DNA of 32,000 nt from Neisseriaceae bacterium HSC-16F19 (lineage in GTDB: Bacteria; Pseudomonadota; Gammaproteobacteria; Burkholderiales; Neisseriaceae): assembly GCA_024171525.1 (NCBI GenBank), contig JALJZY010000012.1, one strand, 5' to 3'. A program made the translations under genes and the position numbers. The notes beneath the pieces are model-generated. The model was given only the letters and a program-made list of their open reading frames with translations, had not been told where the DNA came from and made no database searches. Shown here in pieces: positions 1 to 8,438 of the stretch (position 1 is its first letter; the number at the start of each line of letters is the position of its first letter).

Positions 1-620
1 CAGAAAATATGTATCCAGTCACCGCCCGGCAAACAGACTTCGGCATGGATGGAGGGAATGTCGTCACGCACCCGGTACAGTACTTGGGCATTGCGCAGAG
101 GCAGACGGCTGTAGAGATGCATGCCGTAGAGGTTGTCCAACGGTACTTTGACCGTCCAGCCGTAATCTGTTTCCAGGTGTGCCAGTTGTGTTTCCCACCA
201 CGCGTCGGATTCCAGAGTCAGCACTATATCGGGGCGATATTGGTCGATTTGGCGGCAAAGCAGTTCGGTGCGGCGGTTGGGTGTCAGTACATTGGCAGCC
301 AGAATACTGATTGTGCGGCCGTCGTCCGCGCCGCGGTATGACAAAACCTGCGGCTTGTACAAGCGGGTATAAGGGCTGATTTGAACAAGCTGCCATACCA
401 AAGCACCTGCCGCCGCCAGCATGGCACCGGACAGCAAAAAGCTGTCGCTGTGGCGAAAGAGCGCAGTACAGAGCAGGGCAGCCAAGCCGAGCAGGATAAT
501 CTGCTGGCGCGGGAAGTCGAAAATGCGCACGCTCCAATGGTCATGTCCGTAGAGCGGCAGCAGGGTGGCGGCTGCGGGTATCAGCAGCAGGGCGAATAAC
601 AGCCAGTCGGTTACAGGCAT
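1..620 (-). CDS. endonuclease/exonuclease/phosphatase (EEP) family membrane protein, N-terminal part (gene runs off the left edge)
   Basis: This frame is absent from the ORF track because it has no in-window stop. ATG at 620-618 (minus) opens MPVTDWLLFALLLIPAAATLLPLYGHDHWSVRIFDFPRQQIILLGLAALL... (hydrophobic N-terminus). It continues ...ISILAANVLTPNRR...QYRPDIVLTLESDAWW..., typical of EEP-fold proteins. The frame is open to position 1. Confidence 0.6.
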   Translation of the reverse strand, partial: MPVTDWLLFALLLIPAAATLLPLYGHDHWSVRIFDFPRQQIILLGLAALLCTALFRHSDSFLLSGAMLAAAGALVWQLVQISPYTRLYKPQVLSYRGADDGRTISILAANVLTPNRRTELLCRQIDQYRPDIVLTLESDAWWETQLAHLETDYGWTVKVPLDNLYGMHLYSRLPLRNAQVLYRVRDDIPSIHAEVCLPGGDWIHIF

Positions 621-784
621 GGTAGGTATAAACATGTGTGGAGAAGCAGTTGAAAAGATAGCACAGAGGAGGGGATGTCATAAAGGGTGAGGATGACATA
701 CCGTTTGCAGCAAATGCTGACACAGAAGCAATAAAATGAAAATATCAATCAACATAGAGTAAATATTGAATATTGCACTAATGA

Positions 785-798
785 TTGATTTAAATCAA
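785..798 (+). promoter_or_regulatory. FNR/CRP-family box (TTGAT-N4-ATCAA) upstream of the hemerythrin gene
   Basis: Perfect palindrome TTGATTTAAATCAA in an AT-rich intergenic region. A TATGGT -10-like hexamer at 821-826 places the box centre about 41-42 bp upstream of a predicted start, which is class II FNR geometry. Confidence 0.5.
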
Positions 799-941
799 AA
801 TAAGTAGATGTCATTAAGGGTATGGTGTACCCATATTGTAAAAAATATTGGCATATTGATTGCTTGATTTATTGCGTACAAATGGTGCCCTGCCGCGCAG
901 GTGTACTACAACCCACTTTATCGCGATTACGAGGTTATATT

Positions 942-1388
942 ATGAGCTTTTTGGTTTGGACTTCCGATTTGAACACCAATGTGGAAATGGTGGACGAACA
1001 ACATAAAATTTTGGTTCAGTATATTAATGATTTACATGATATTCATGATGATACTGCCCATTCCGACGAGGAAAAACTCGCCATGACCGGCGAAGTGATC
1101 AAAAAACTGCTGGACTATACCGTGAAGCACTTCTCCGATGAAGAAGCGCTGATGACCAAGGCCGGCTACCGTCTGACCGACCGTCACAAAATGATCCACG
1201 ACAAATTCATCGCCAGAATCGGTGAGATGTACGACCGCCACCAAAGCGGCATCAATACCAACGAGGAATTGCTGGCCATGCTGGAAGGCTGGCTGTTTAC
1301 CCACATCCGCACCCACGACCGCGGCTACCTGCCCACCGTGCTGCCCTACATCAAAGAAAATCCCTCTGCCGGCCGCTTTATCGATTAA
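942..1388 (+). CDS. bacteriohemerythrin (hemerythrin-like metal-binding protein)
   Basis: MSFLVWTSDLNTNVEMVDEQHKILVQYINDLHD...HFSDEEALM...HDKF...WLFTHIRTHD carries the His/Asp/Glu iron-ligand pattern of hemerythrins. ATG at 942 is preceded by GAGG at 931-934. The upstream part of ORF 822..1388 is AT-rich and non-coding in appearance. Confidence 0.85.
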   Translation: MSFLVWTSDLNTNVEMVDEQHKILVQYINDLHDIHDDTAHSDEEKLAMTGEVIKKLLDYTVKHFSDEEALMTKAGYRLTDRHKMIHDKFIARIGEMYDRHQSGINTNEELLAMLEGWLFTHIRTHDRGYLPTVLPYIKENPSAGRFID

Positions 1389-1412
1389 CCGGCCATCCGC
1401 CGCAGGCATACG

Positions 1413-1446
1413 CAGCCGCCATCCGTTTCGATGGCGGCTGTTTTTA
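1413..1446 (+). terminator. rho-independent terminator of the hemerythrin gene
   Basis: 11-bp stem CAGCCGCCATC / GATGGCGGCTG with a 6-nt loop, followed by TTTTT. Confidence 0.65.
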
Positions 1447-1547
1447 TCATGGGGCAGGGCGCGGCTTTCGGCGCTTTTGAAAAATCAGTACAATACGCGC
1501 TTTTTCAGGCAGCCTGAAAACCACCTTAGCACCCAGAAACCAAATCC

Positions 1548-3146
1548 ATGTCCGCCATAGCCAACGAAGTCCGCCGCCGCCGCACCTTTGCCATTATTTC
1601 CCACCCCGATGCCGGTAAAACCACGCTCACCGAAAAACTGCTGCTGTTTTCGGGTGCGATTCAGAGCGCGGGTACGGTCAAGGGCAAGAAAAGCGGCAAA
1701 TTCGCCACCTCAGACTGGATGGAAATCGAGAAGCAGCGCGGCATTTCCGTGGCCTCCTCGGTGATGCAGTTCGATTATCACGAGCACACCGTCAACCTGC
1801 TCGACACCCCCGGCCACCAAGACTTCTCCGAAGACACCTACCGCGTGCTCACCGCCGTGGACAGCGCGCTGATGGTGATTGATGCCGCCAAAGGCGTGGA
1901 AGCGCAGACCATCAAGCTTTTGAACGTCTGCCGCCTGCGCCACACCCCCATCGTCACCTTTATGAACAAATACGACCGCGAGGTGCGCGATTCGCTGGAA
2001 CTTCTGGACGAGGTGGAAAACATCCTCAAAATCCGCTGCGCGCCGGTGACCTGGCCCATCGGCATGGGCAAGAGCTTCAAGGGGGTGTACCACATCCTCA
2101 ACGACGAGGTGTATCTGTTTGAGGCCGGCGGCGAAAAACTGCCGCACGAATTCGATGTGATTAAAGGCATAGACAATCCGCTTTTGGCCGAACGCTTCCC
2201 GCTGGAAATCCAACAGCTTCGCGACGAAATCGAGCTGGTTCAGGCAGCCTCCAACGAATTTGACTTGGATGCGTTTTTGGCCGGTGAGCTGACACCGGTA
2301 TTTTTCGGCTCCGCCATCAATAATTTCGGCATCCAGGAAATCCTCAATTCCCTGATTGACTGGGCGCCCGCCCCGCAAAGCCGTGACGCCACCGTGCGCG
2401 AAGTGGCGCCGGACGAGGCCAAATTCTCCGGTTTTGTGTTTAAAATCCAAGCCAATATGGACCCGAAACACCGCGACCGCATCGCCTTTTTGCGCGTGTG
2501 CTCCGGCAAATTCGAGCGCGGCATGAAGATGAAGCATTTGCGCATCAACCGCGATATTGCCGCCTCCAGCGTGGTCACCTTTATGTCGCACGACCGCGAG
2601 CTGGTGGAAGAGGCTTATGCCGGCGATATCATCGGCATCCCCAACCACGGCAATATCCAAATCGGCGACAGCTTTTCCGAAGGCGAACAACTGGCCTTTA
2701 CCGGCATCCCGTTTTTTGCACCGGAGCTGTTCCGCAGCGTGCGCATTAAAAACCCGCTCAAAATCAAACAGCTGCAAAAAGGCTTGCAGCAACTGGGCGA
2801 AGAAGGTGCGGTACAGGTGTTCAAACCGCACAGTGGTGCCGATTTGATTCTGGGCGCGGTGGGCGTGCTGCAATTTGAAGTGGTGACCGCGCGTCTGGCC
2901 AACGAATACGGCGTGGAAGCCGTGTTCGACAGCGCCAGCATCTGGTCGGCACGCTGGGTGTCTTGCGCCGACAAAAAGAAACTGGCCGAATTTGAAAAAG
3001 CCAATGCGGTCAATCTGGCCATAGACGCCGGCGGCAACCTCACTTATCTCGCGCCCAACCGCGTCAACCTGAGCCTGACCCAGGAACGCTGGCCGGACAT
3101 CGTCTTTCACGAAACCCGCGAACACGCGGTGAATTTGAACGGCTAA
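1548..3146 (+). CDS. prfC: peptide chain release factor 3
   Basis: 532 aa. [55 protein letters not shown] and [14 protein letters not shown] GTPase motifs; full-length RF3 architecture. Confidence 0.95.
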   Translation: MSAIANEVRRRRTFAIISHPDAGKTTLTEKLLLFSGAIQSAGTVKGKKSGKFATSDWMEIEKQRGISVASSVMQFDYHEHTVNLLDTPGHQDFSEDTYRVLTAVDSALMVIDAAKGVEAQTIKLLNVCRLRHTPIVTFMNKYDREVRDSLELLDEVENILKIRCAPVTWPIGMGKSFKGVYHILNDEVYLFEAGGEKLPHEFDVIKGIDNPLLAERFPLEIQQLRDEIELVQAASNEFDLDAFLAGELTPVFFGSAINNFGIQEILNSLIDWAPAPQSRDATVREVAPDEAKFSGFVFKIQANMDPKHRDRIAFLRVCSGKFERGMKMKHLRINRDIAASSVVTFMSHDRELVEEAYAGDIIGIPNHGNIQIGDSFSEGEQLAFTGIPFFAPELFRSVRIKNPLKIKQLQKGLQQLGEEGAVQVFKPHSGADLILGAVGVLQFEVVTARLANEYGVEAVFDSASIWSARWVSCADKKKLAEFEKANAVNLAIDAGGNLTYLAPNRVNLSLTQERWPDIVFHETREHAVNLNG

Positions 3147-3155
3147 ACGCAGCAC

Positions 3156-3193
3156 AGGCTGCCTGAAAAGACGGATATGCTTTCAGGCAGCCT
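3156..3193 (+). terminator. inverted DUS pair forming a hairpin downstream of prfC
   Basis: AGGCTGCCTGAAA (3156-3168) and TTTCAGGCAGCCT (3181-3193) form a 13-bp stem followed by a T-rich stretch. Confidence 0.55.
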
Positions 3194-3225
3194 GAATTTT
3201 ATTTAATGTATATAAGGAGTAAGCC

Positions 3226-4350
3226 ATGAGCGGACTGCATGCCCATATCGATCCCGACGGTTTGTTGGAATATTCCGTGGTCTATACCGACCGCGCCCTC
3301 AACCATATGTCGGCCCGTTTCCAAACCGCCATGCGCGATTTGAGCGCGATGCTCAAACGCGTGTACCACGCCGAGGCGGCGGTGATTGTGCCCGGCAGCG
3401 GCACCTATGCCATGGAAGCGGTGGCGCGCCAGCTGGTGCAGGGTCAGCGCTGCCTGGTGGTGCGCAACGGCTTTTTCAGTTTCCGCTGGTCGCAGATTCT
3501 GGAAACCGGCCGCCTGAGCGAAGACATTGTGGTGATGCAGGCGGCGCAGCCGACACCCGGCCCGCAACAGCCTTTTGCCCCGGCGCCGATTGCCGAGGTG
3601 GAAGCCGCCATTGCCGCGCACAAACCGGCGCTGGTGTTTGCGCCGCATGTGGAAACCGCCTCCGGCATGATTTTGCCTGAAGACTATATCCGCCGCCTGG
3701 CCGATGCCGCCCATGCCGTGGGCGCTTTGCTGGTCATCGACTGCATCGCTTCCGGTGCGGTGTGGCTGGACATGGCCGCTTTGGGGATTGATGTATTGAT
3801 CAGCGCGCCGCAAAAAGGCTGGAGCGCCTCGCCCTGCTGCGGCATGGTGATGCTCAATGCCGCGGCGCTGGAGCGCGTGCGCGCCACCCGTTCCGACAGC
3901 TTTGCCTGCGACCTGCTCAAATGGCTGAACATTATGGAAGCCTATGAAAACGGCGGCCATGCCTACCACGCCACCATGCCCACCGATGCCCTGATCGGCC
4001 TGCGCGACGCCATGCGGGAAGCCGAGGCGGCGGGTTTGGAAAACCTCAAAGCGGCGCAATGGGAACTCGGCCGCCGCGTGCGCGCCCTGCTGGCCGAACA
4101 CGGTTTTGCCAGCGTGGCGGCGGCGGAATTTGCCGCACCGGGCGTGGTGGTGAGCTATACCGACCGCGCCGACATCCAAAGCGGCAAAGCCTTTGCCGCA
4201 CAAGGCTTGCAGATTGCCGCCGGTGTGCCTTTGCAGGTGGGCGAGGGTGCCGGTTTCCAAAGCTTCCGCCTCGGTCTGTTTGGTTTGGACAAGCTGCACA
4301 ATATTGAGCGCACAGTGGCGTCTTTGCAGGCGGCGCTGGAGGCGCTGTAA
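3226..4350 (+). CDS. PLP-dependent class V aminotransferase (alanine-glyoxylate/serine-pyruvate type)
   Basis: 374 aa. GSGTYAMEAVARQLV, LVIDCIASGA and SAPQKGW (candidate PLP-lysine motif). AAGGAG RBS lies 7 nt upstream of the ATG. Confidence 0.8.
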   Translation: MSGLHAHIDPDGLLEYSVVYTDRALNHMSARFQTAMRDLSAMLKRVYHAEAAVIVPGSGTYAMEAVARQLVQGQRCLVVRNGFFSFRWSQILETGRLSEDIVVMQAAQPTPGPQQPFAPAPIAEVEAAIAAHKPALVFAPHVETASGMILPEDYIRRLADAAHAVGALLVIDCIASGAVWLDMAALGIDVLISAPQKGWSASPCCGMVMLNAAALERVRATRSDSFACDLLKWLNIMEAYENGGHAYHATMPTDALIGLRDAMREAEAAGLENLKAAQWELGRRVRALLAEHGFASVAAAEFAAPGVVVSYTDRADIQSGKAFAAQGLQIAAGVPLQVGEGAGFQSFRLGLFGLDKLHNIERTVASLQAALEAL

Positions 4351-4369
4351 AACCCGAATGGGGGACATC

Positions 4370-4397
4370 AAAAAACGCGGCCGTGGCCGCGTTTTTT
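4370..4397. terminator. bidirectional terminator between the convergent aminotransferase and ldcA genes
   Basis: AAAAAACGCGGCC-GT-GGCCGCGTTTTTT, a perfect 13-bp palindrome with A/T tracts on both sides. It overlaps the ldcA stop codon. Confidence 0.65.
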
Positions 4398-5553
4398 ATT
4401 CCAAATCGCCGCGCTCGTCCGGCGAAGGTTCGGTGCTGAAGCTGGGCATCAGCGTGTGCAGCGCCAGTTTGCCTGCGTCCAAGGTCGGGTATTGGCTGAA
4501 CTGTACGCTGTAACCGCCGTTGCTGTTGGGCTCGATGCGCGCATGGGCGCCGAGCGGGAAGGTGGCCTTATTGGTGATGTGGCCGAAGGGGAAGCCGGTG
4601 AGTACCGGCACTTTGGCCACGCGCGACATGGTGGCGGCCACGCTGGCGAGGGTGTAGCTGCTGTCATACACATCGCGGATGGTGCCCATGCGGAAATCAC
4701 CCAAAATTACTGCCTGCTGTTTGCCCAGCACGCCGGCCAGATACAGGGTTTGCAGCATGCGCTCGATGCGGTAGGGCTGCTCGCTCACGTCTTCCAGAAA
4801 CAGGATGCCGCCGTTGATGTCGGGCAGATAGGGGCTGCCTGCCAAAGAGGTAATCACGCTCAGATTGCCGCCCCACAGCACGCCTTCCATGCGTTGGGGT
4901 GTGTGGTTTTGGATGGCGTGTACCTGAATGCTGTGGTTGGGGCGGGTGCTGCCGTCGATAAACATCTGCATGGTGTAGGCGCTGGGGCTGTATTTGCCGA
5001 ATTCGCTGTACACCATGGGGCCGGCAAAGCTGGGCATATTGCCGCGGGCCAAGAGCGCCAGTTGCAGGGCGCACACATCGCTGAAACCGAAAAACAGCGT
5101 GCCGTGTTCGCGCATGCGGCTGCCGAGACTGGCCCAGTCCACATGCGGCAGCAGGCGTGCCGCACCATAACCGCCGCGCAGACCCATCAATACTTTGGGC
5201 GTGGGCACGCGGCCGCTGGCGACGTCTTGTACATCGGCAATGCGTTCGCTGTCGTGTCCGGCAAAACGCTGGTAACGGCGGTAGGCCGCCTGGGTATTGG
5301 TGGGGGCGAATCCGGCCTGCATCAGGCGCTGGATGCCCAAATCGATGCGGTCGGAACGTTCGGCATAGCCGGAGCAGGCAATGATGCGGAGCATGGCGTC
5401 TTTTTGTGCGGGAGATGAATGGAAACCGGCGCTGCTGCGGCTGCCTTGCGGCGGCGGGATGGGTGTATTAGAGGTGCCGCAGGCTTGCAAAATACCGGCG
5501 CCGCCCAAGGCGGCTGCGGCTTGCAGGAAGTGACGGCGGGGCATGGTGCTCAT
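4396..5553 (-). CDS. ldcA: LD-carboxypeptidase (peptidase S66, muramoyltetrapeptide carboxypeptidase) with a Tat-type lipoprotein signal
   Basis: 385 aa. The N-terminus MSTMPRRHFLQAAAALGGAGILQAC has a twin-arginine motif plus a lipobox. GFSDVCALQLAL (nucleophile Ser) and the C-terminal FGH motif are as in S66 family enzymes. Confidence 0.8.
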   Translation of the reverse strand: MSTMPRRHFLQAAAALGGAGILQACGTSNTPIPPPQGSRSSAGFHSSPAQKDAMLRIIACSGYAERSDRIDLGIQRLMQAGFAPTNTQAAYRRYQRFAGHDSERIADVQDVASGRVPTPKVLMGLRGGYGAARLLPHVDWASLGSRMREHGTLFFGFSDVCALQLALLARGNMPSFAGPMVYSEFGKYSPSAYTMQMFIDGSTRPNHSIQVHAIQNHTPQRMEGVLWGGNLSVITSLAGSPYLPDINGGILFLEDVSEQPYRIERMLQTLYLAGVLGKQQAVILGDFRMGTIRDVYDSSYTLASVAATMSRVAKVPVLTGFPFGHITNKATFPLGAHARIEPNSNGGYSVQFSQYPTLDAGKLALHTLMPSFSTEPSPDERGDLE

Positions 5554-5573
5554 GCGTCTCCTTTCTATGTGTT

Positions 5574-5612
5574 TTCAGGCAGCCTTGTGTATGAATTTTC
5601 ATGCTGCCTGAA
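5574..5612. repeat. inverted DUS pair (one exact, one 11/12)
   Basis: TTCAGGCAGCCT at 5574-5585 and ATGCTGCCTGAA at 5601-5612; 10-bp stem, 19-nt loop, no clear T-tract. Confidence 0.5.
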
Positions 5613-5624
5613 AGCGAAATTGGC

Positions 5625-5996
5625 TTATATCTTTTGCCACAGTGTTTCGCTGCGACCCCCTTCATTGCGCTGGCAGCGGGTAATCAGGGCGCGCTCGCCG
5701 AAGCCGAGCGAACGGCATTGTACCACCCGCTGCAAACGGCTTTTGCCCTTATCGGCAAATTTAAATACCGCCGTTTCCGTGGCCAGCGGGTCGGCACTGT
5801 CTATATAGGCGGTGCAAAAATCGTCGCCGTCGTGGCAGAAGAGGGTGATGCCCTGGGCGTCGGTATGGCTGCGCAGCCCGGCCAGGCTTTGGTTTTCCCA
5901 AGCGCTGTAATCGGCAAACGGGCGCAGCAGCGATACTGCTGCCACCAAAAGCAGGACGGCCGCGGCGGCGGCGATGAGTTTGAAAAATGTGTTCAT
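5625..5996 (-). CDS. hypothetical secreted/membrane-anchored protein
   Basis: MNTFFKLIAAAAAVLLLVAAVSLL signal/anchor. The ATG at 5996 lies 1 nt after the stop of the upstream gene (TAAAATG). I recognise no family. Confidence 0.5.
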   Translation of the reverse strand: MNTFFKLIAAAAAVLLLVAAVSLLRPFADYSAWENQSLAGLRSHTDAQGITLFCHDGDDFCTAYIDSADPLATETAVFKFADKGKSRLQRVVQCRSLGFGERALITRCQRNEGGRSETLWQKI

Positions 5997-5997
5997 T

Positions 5998-6198
5998 TTA
6001 TTTTGCCCACGGCTCATGGGTTTGCAGTAATTTGTTCAGGCCCGGGTTGTGGGCAGGCAGCTGCTCCAGGGCGGCAGCAAACTGTATGAAAGTTGCTTTG
6101 TCCAACTGAAACAATATGCGCTTGGCTGTGGTTTCGTCAGAAACAGGGCAAAGAAAATCTTTTTGCGCTGCTCGAGCCTGTTTAATGGAGGTGTGCAT
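5998..6198 (-). CDS. small DUF1778-like (TacA antitoxin C-terminal-like) protein, N-terminally short
   Basis: ATG at 6198 is preceded by AGGAG. ...KRILFQLDKATFIQFAAALEQLPAHNPGLNKLLQTHEPW resembles the C-terminal 'L..D...F...L..P..PN..L' region of DUF1778/TacA antitoxins. GC content is visibly lower than in the neighbours. Confidence 0.35.
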   Translation of the reverse strand: MHTSIKQARAAQKDFLCPVSDETTAKRILFQLDKATFIQFAAALEQLPAHNPGLNKLLQTHEPWAK

Positions 6199-6269
6199 CT
6201 TGATTGCTCCTGATATAGACGCAACTTGAAACTTTGCCCTATACCTATTCAAAAAATAATCTTTAAAAA

Positions 6270-6385
6270 GGCAAGCTTGTTTTACCGCACGCTTTATTTT
6301 TAATCAAGATCCTGCGACTAAAGCGCAGGATGACAGTAGCCCGTCATTCTGCACGTAGCGATAGTGAAGTCGCAGAATCTGTTTT
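6270..6385. repeat. dRS3/NIME-like composite repeat (two hairpins), copy 1
   Basis: ATCCTGCG..CGCAGGAT (6309-6331) and GTCATTCTGC..GTCGCAGAATC (6344-6379). About 115 bp is homologous to 29831-29945. Confidence 0.55.
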
Positions 6386-6534
6386 AGCTGCGTAATTTTT
6401 TGGCTGCGCCACGCAGGCAGTCTGCCAAGTGAGTTTATTAAAGCTGCCTGAAAACCATTTGAGTAGGTTTTCGTGCAATAAAAATTTTGCCTTCGACCGT
6501 ATAAGCAGGTGGAGGCGCAGTCTATAATACCGCC

Positions 6535-6864
6535 ATGCACAAAAAAGAACTCCTCATCCCCGGCTGGCTGGATTTGTGGCCGCCGGGGCCGCCTGCACCG
6601 GGGGTGTGGACGGTGTATCTGATCCGCTGCCAGAACGGCAGTCTTTATTGCGGCATCGCCAAATCGGCATTGCAGCGCTGGCAGGCGCATGTGGCAGGGC
6701 AGGGGGCGCGTTATACCCGCAGTTTCCCGCCGCAGGAAATGCGCCTGGTGTGGACGGGTTTGAGCCATACCCAGGCCGCACGCTGCGAATACCTGATCAA
6801 ACAATGGCCGCGCGCCCGCAAAGCACAGTTATGGGCGTGTTTGGATGTGTTTCAGGCAGCCTAA
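6535..6864 (+). CDS. GIY-YIG nuclease family protein (UPF0213/YhbQ-like)
   Basis: 109 aa. VYLIRCQNGSLYCGIAKSALQRWQAHVAGQGARYTR...EYLIKQW fits the GIY-(X)n-YIG...R...E pattern. The stop codon lies at the end of an exact DUS. Confidence 0.75.
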   Translation: MHKKELLIPGWLDLWPPGPPAPGVWTVYLIRCQNGSLYCGIAKSALQRWQAHVAGQGARYTRSFPPQEMRLVWTGLSHTQAARCEYLIKQWPRARKAQLWACLDVFQAA

Positions 6865-6871
6865 GACACGG

Positions 6872-7393
6872 CTATTTCTTCTTCTCCGCTTCTTTTTCCA
6901 CCAACTGCGTACCGGCCAGATAGTCGTATAAAAACTGCCGTTGCGGATTCATCAGCGCAAAGCCCCAAGGCAAAATCCACCAAATCAGCGCCGCGGCGGT
7001 GGCGGTTTTGGGCGGGATGCCGTTGTGGCGCAAGGCCCAGTAGGCCAGTGCCGGAATCAGTACCACAAACACACAGGCCCAGGCAAAGCGCAGTTGCAGC
7101 TGTTTTTTCGGCGGCAGGCGGCCGTGGCGGTCGGTAAGGCCGATGCGCCACACGCGCATCGGCAGGGTTTGCCCTTGGCGGCGCCAGTTGATCCAAAAAT
7201 AGCCCCACCATGCCGCCAGCAGCAACAGGCTCACCGCCAGCGTACCCAAAAACGGCACGGCTTGCAGCACGGTGGCAACAATGCCGCCCAAGAGCGCCGC
7301 CACCACGGTGACGGCACCGACCAGCAGGCTTTCGTACACCAGGGCGGCGAGGCGGCGTTTTAAAGAGGCGGGTTGGGGGCGGGTTTCAGACAT
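6872..7393 (-). CDS. RDD family membrane protein
   Basis: 173 aa. N-terminal RRLAALVYESLLV, three hydrophobic segments and an R..D.. pattern; 8 nt downstream of miaA. Confidence 0.75.
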   Translation of the reverse strand: MSETRPQPASLKRRLAALVYESLLVGAVTVVAALLGGIVATVLQAVPFLGTLAVSLLLLAAWWGYFWINWRRQGQTLPMRVWRIGLTDRHGRLPPKKQLQLRFAWACVFVVLIPALAYWALRHNGIPPKTATAAALIWWILPWGFALMNPQRQFLYDYLAGTQLVEKEAEKKK

Positions 7394-7401
7394 GGAGAGG
7401 C

Positions 7402-8370
7402 TCAGGCATCAAAATGGCGGCGGCAGGCGGCAATCAGGATTTCAGGCAGCCTGTCGCCTTGGGTGAAGGGGTCGGCGGCGGTGTCGGTATGGATTTTGCG
7501 CAGCCAGGTCAGCTGGCGCTTGGCCAGTTGGCGCGTGGCGGCGATGCCCTGTTCGCGCAGGGCGGCTGCGTCGGTGTCGCCGGCCAGATAATCCCACATC
7601 TGGCGGTAGCCGACACAGCGCATGCTGGGCAACTCGGCATGCAGCGTGGGATAGCGTGTTTGCAGGCTGCGTACTTCGTCGGCAAAGCCTTGTGCCAGCA
7701 TGCTGTCGAAACGCAGGGCAATCTGGCGGTGCAAATCGGCCCGTGTTGCGGGAATCAGTGCCAACGAAGCCAAGTTGAGCGGCGGGGTATAGGCCGTTTG
7801 TTCGGCAAAATGACGGCTCAAAGGCTTGCCGGTCAGCAGCCACACTTCCAGCGCCCGTTCGATGCGCTGGCTGTCGGCGGCTTCCAGCCGTACTGCGGTT
7901 TGCGGGTCGATTTCCTGCAAGCGGCGGTAGAGATGGGCCAGCCCGTATTGCTGTTTTTGCCGCTGCAAATCGGCGCGCACCGCCGCATCGGCTTCAGGCA
8001 GCGTATTGAGGCCCTGAGTGAGGGCGTGGTAATACATCATGGTGCCGCCGACAATCAGCGGCAGGCGCCCGCGCTCGTGAATTTCCGCCACCAGGCGCGT
8101 GCAGTCGGCCACAAATTCGGCGGCGCTGTATGTGTGTAGCGGCGAAATAATATCAATCAGATGGTGCGGCACCTGCGCCAATTCGGCGGCGCCGGGCTTG
8201 GCGGTGCCGATGTCCATATCGCGGTACACCAAGGCCGAGTCGAGGCTGATGATTTCCAGCGGCAGCACTTGCGCCGCGGCCAGGGCCAGGCCGGTTTTGC
8301 CGGAGGCGGTGGGGCCGAGCAGGGCGAAGGCTTTGGGCGCGGTGGCGGACATGGGACGGATGGCAGACAT
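7402..8370 (-). CDS. miaA: tRNA dimethylallyltransferase
   Basis: 322 aa. [18 protein letters not shown]-loop, [26 protein letters not shown]. An alternative start is at 8352. Confidence 0.93.
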   Translation of the reverse strand: MSAIRPMSATAPKAFALLGPTASGKTGLALAAAQVLPLEIISLDSALVYRDMDIGTAKPGAAELAQVPHHLIDIISPLHTYSAAEFVADCTRLVAEIHERGRLPLIVGGTMMYYHALTQGLNTLPEADAAVRADLQRQKQQYGLAHLYRRLQEIDPQTAVRLEAADSQRIERALEVWLLTGKPLSRHFAEQTAYTPPLNLASLALIPATRADLHRQIALRFDSMLAQGFADEVRSLQTRYPTLHAELPSMRCVGYRQMWDYLAGDTDAAALREQGIAATRQLAKRQLTWLRKIHTDTAADPFTQGDRLPEILIAACRRHFDA

Positions 8371-8371
8371 A

Positions 8372-8401
8372 TAAAACGGCCGCTATTTTAACACAGCGGC
8401 C
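8372..8401 (-). terminator. candidate terminator downstream of the sirtuin gene
   Basis: GGCCGCT / AGCGGCC stem (8378-8384 / 8395-8401), followed on the minus strand by a T-run. Confidence 0.45.
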
Positions 8402-8438
8402 ATGCGCTTTAGGGCTGCCTGAAAACAGCCACCATGAA

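Noticed and set aside
822-941. N-terminal extensions offered by the ORF track: hemerythrin 822, sirtuin 9167, rhodanese 9930, msrC 15449, methyltransferase 16467, ileS 16746, lipoprotein 19451, transposase 26030, purE 27936, uspA 30666 and tcdA 30395.
   Set aside because: In each case an internal ATG with a good RBS coincides with the conserved N-terminus of the family. The upstream part runs through intergenic repeats, DUS or AT-rich promoter DNA.
1710-3155. Long antisense ORFs opposite prfC (1710-3155), the aminotransferase (3199-4371), ldcA (4456-5418), typA (11527-13347), ileS (17640-19685), the lipoprotein (19559-20512) and dnaE (21676-24369).
   Set aside because: These are typical stop-poor shadow frames of GC-rich genes. 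Their translations are Ala/Gly/Arg/His-rich low-complexity strings with no recognisable motifs, while the opposite strand encodes unmistakable housekeeping proteins.
5998-6252. Full 84-aa version of the DUF1778-like ORF starting at TTG 6252.
   Set aside because: No Shine-Dalgarno precedes the TTG, whereas AGGAG precedes the internal ATG at 6198. The extra residues do not resemble an RHH strand convincingly.
6304-6804. 166-aa minus-strand ORF spanning the dRS3-like repeat and the antisense strand of the GIY-YIG gene.
   Set aside because: It crosses a repeat element and a DUS and has no motif. The plus-strand GIY-YIG frame explains the coding signal.
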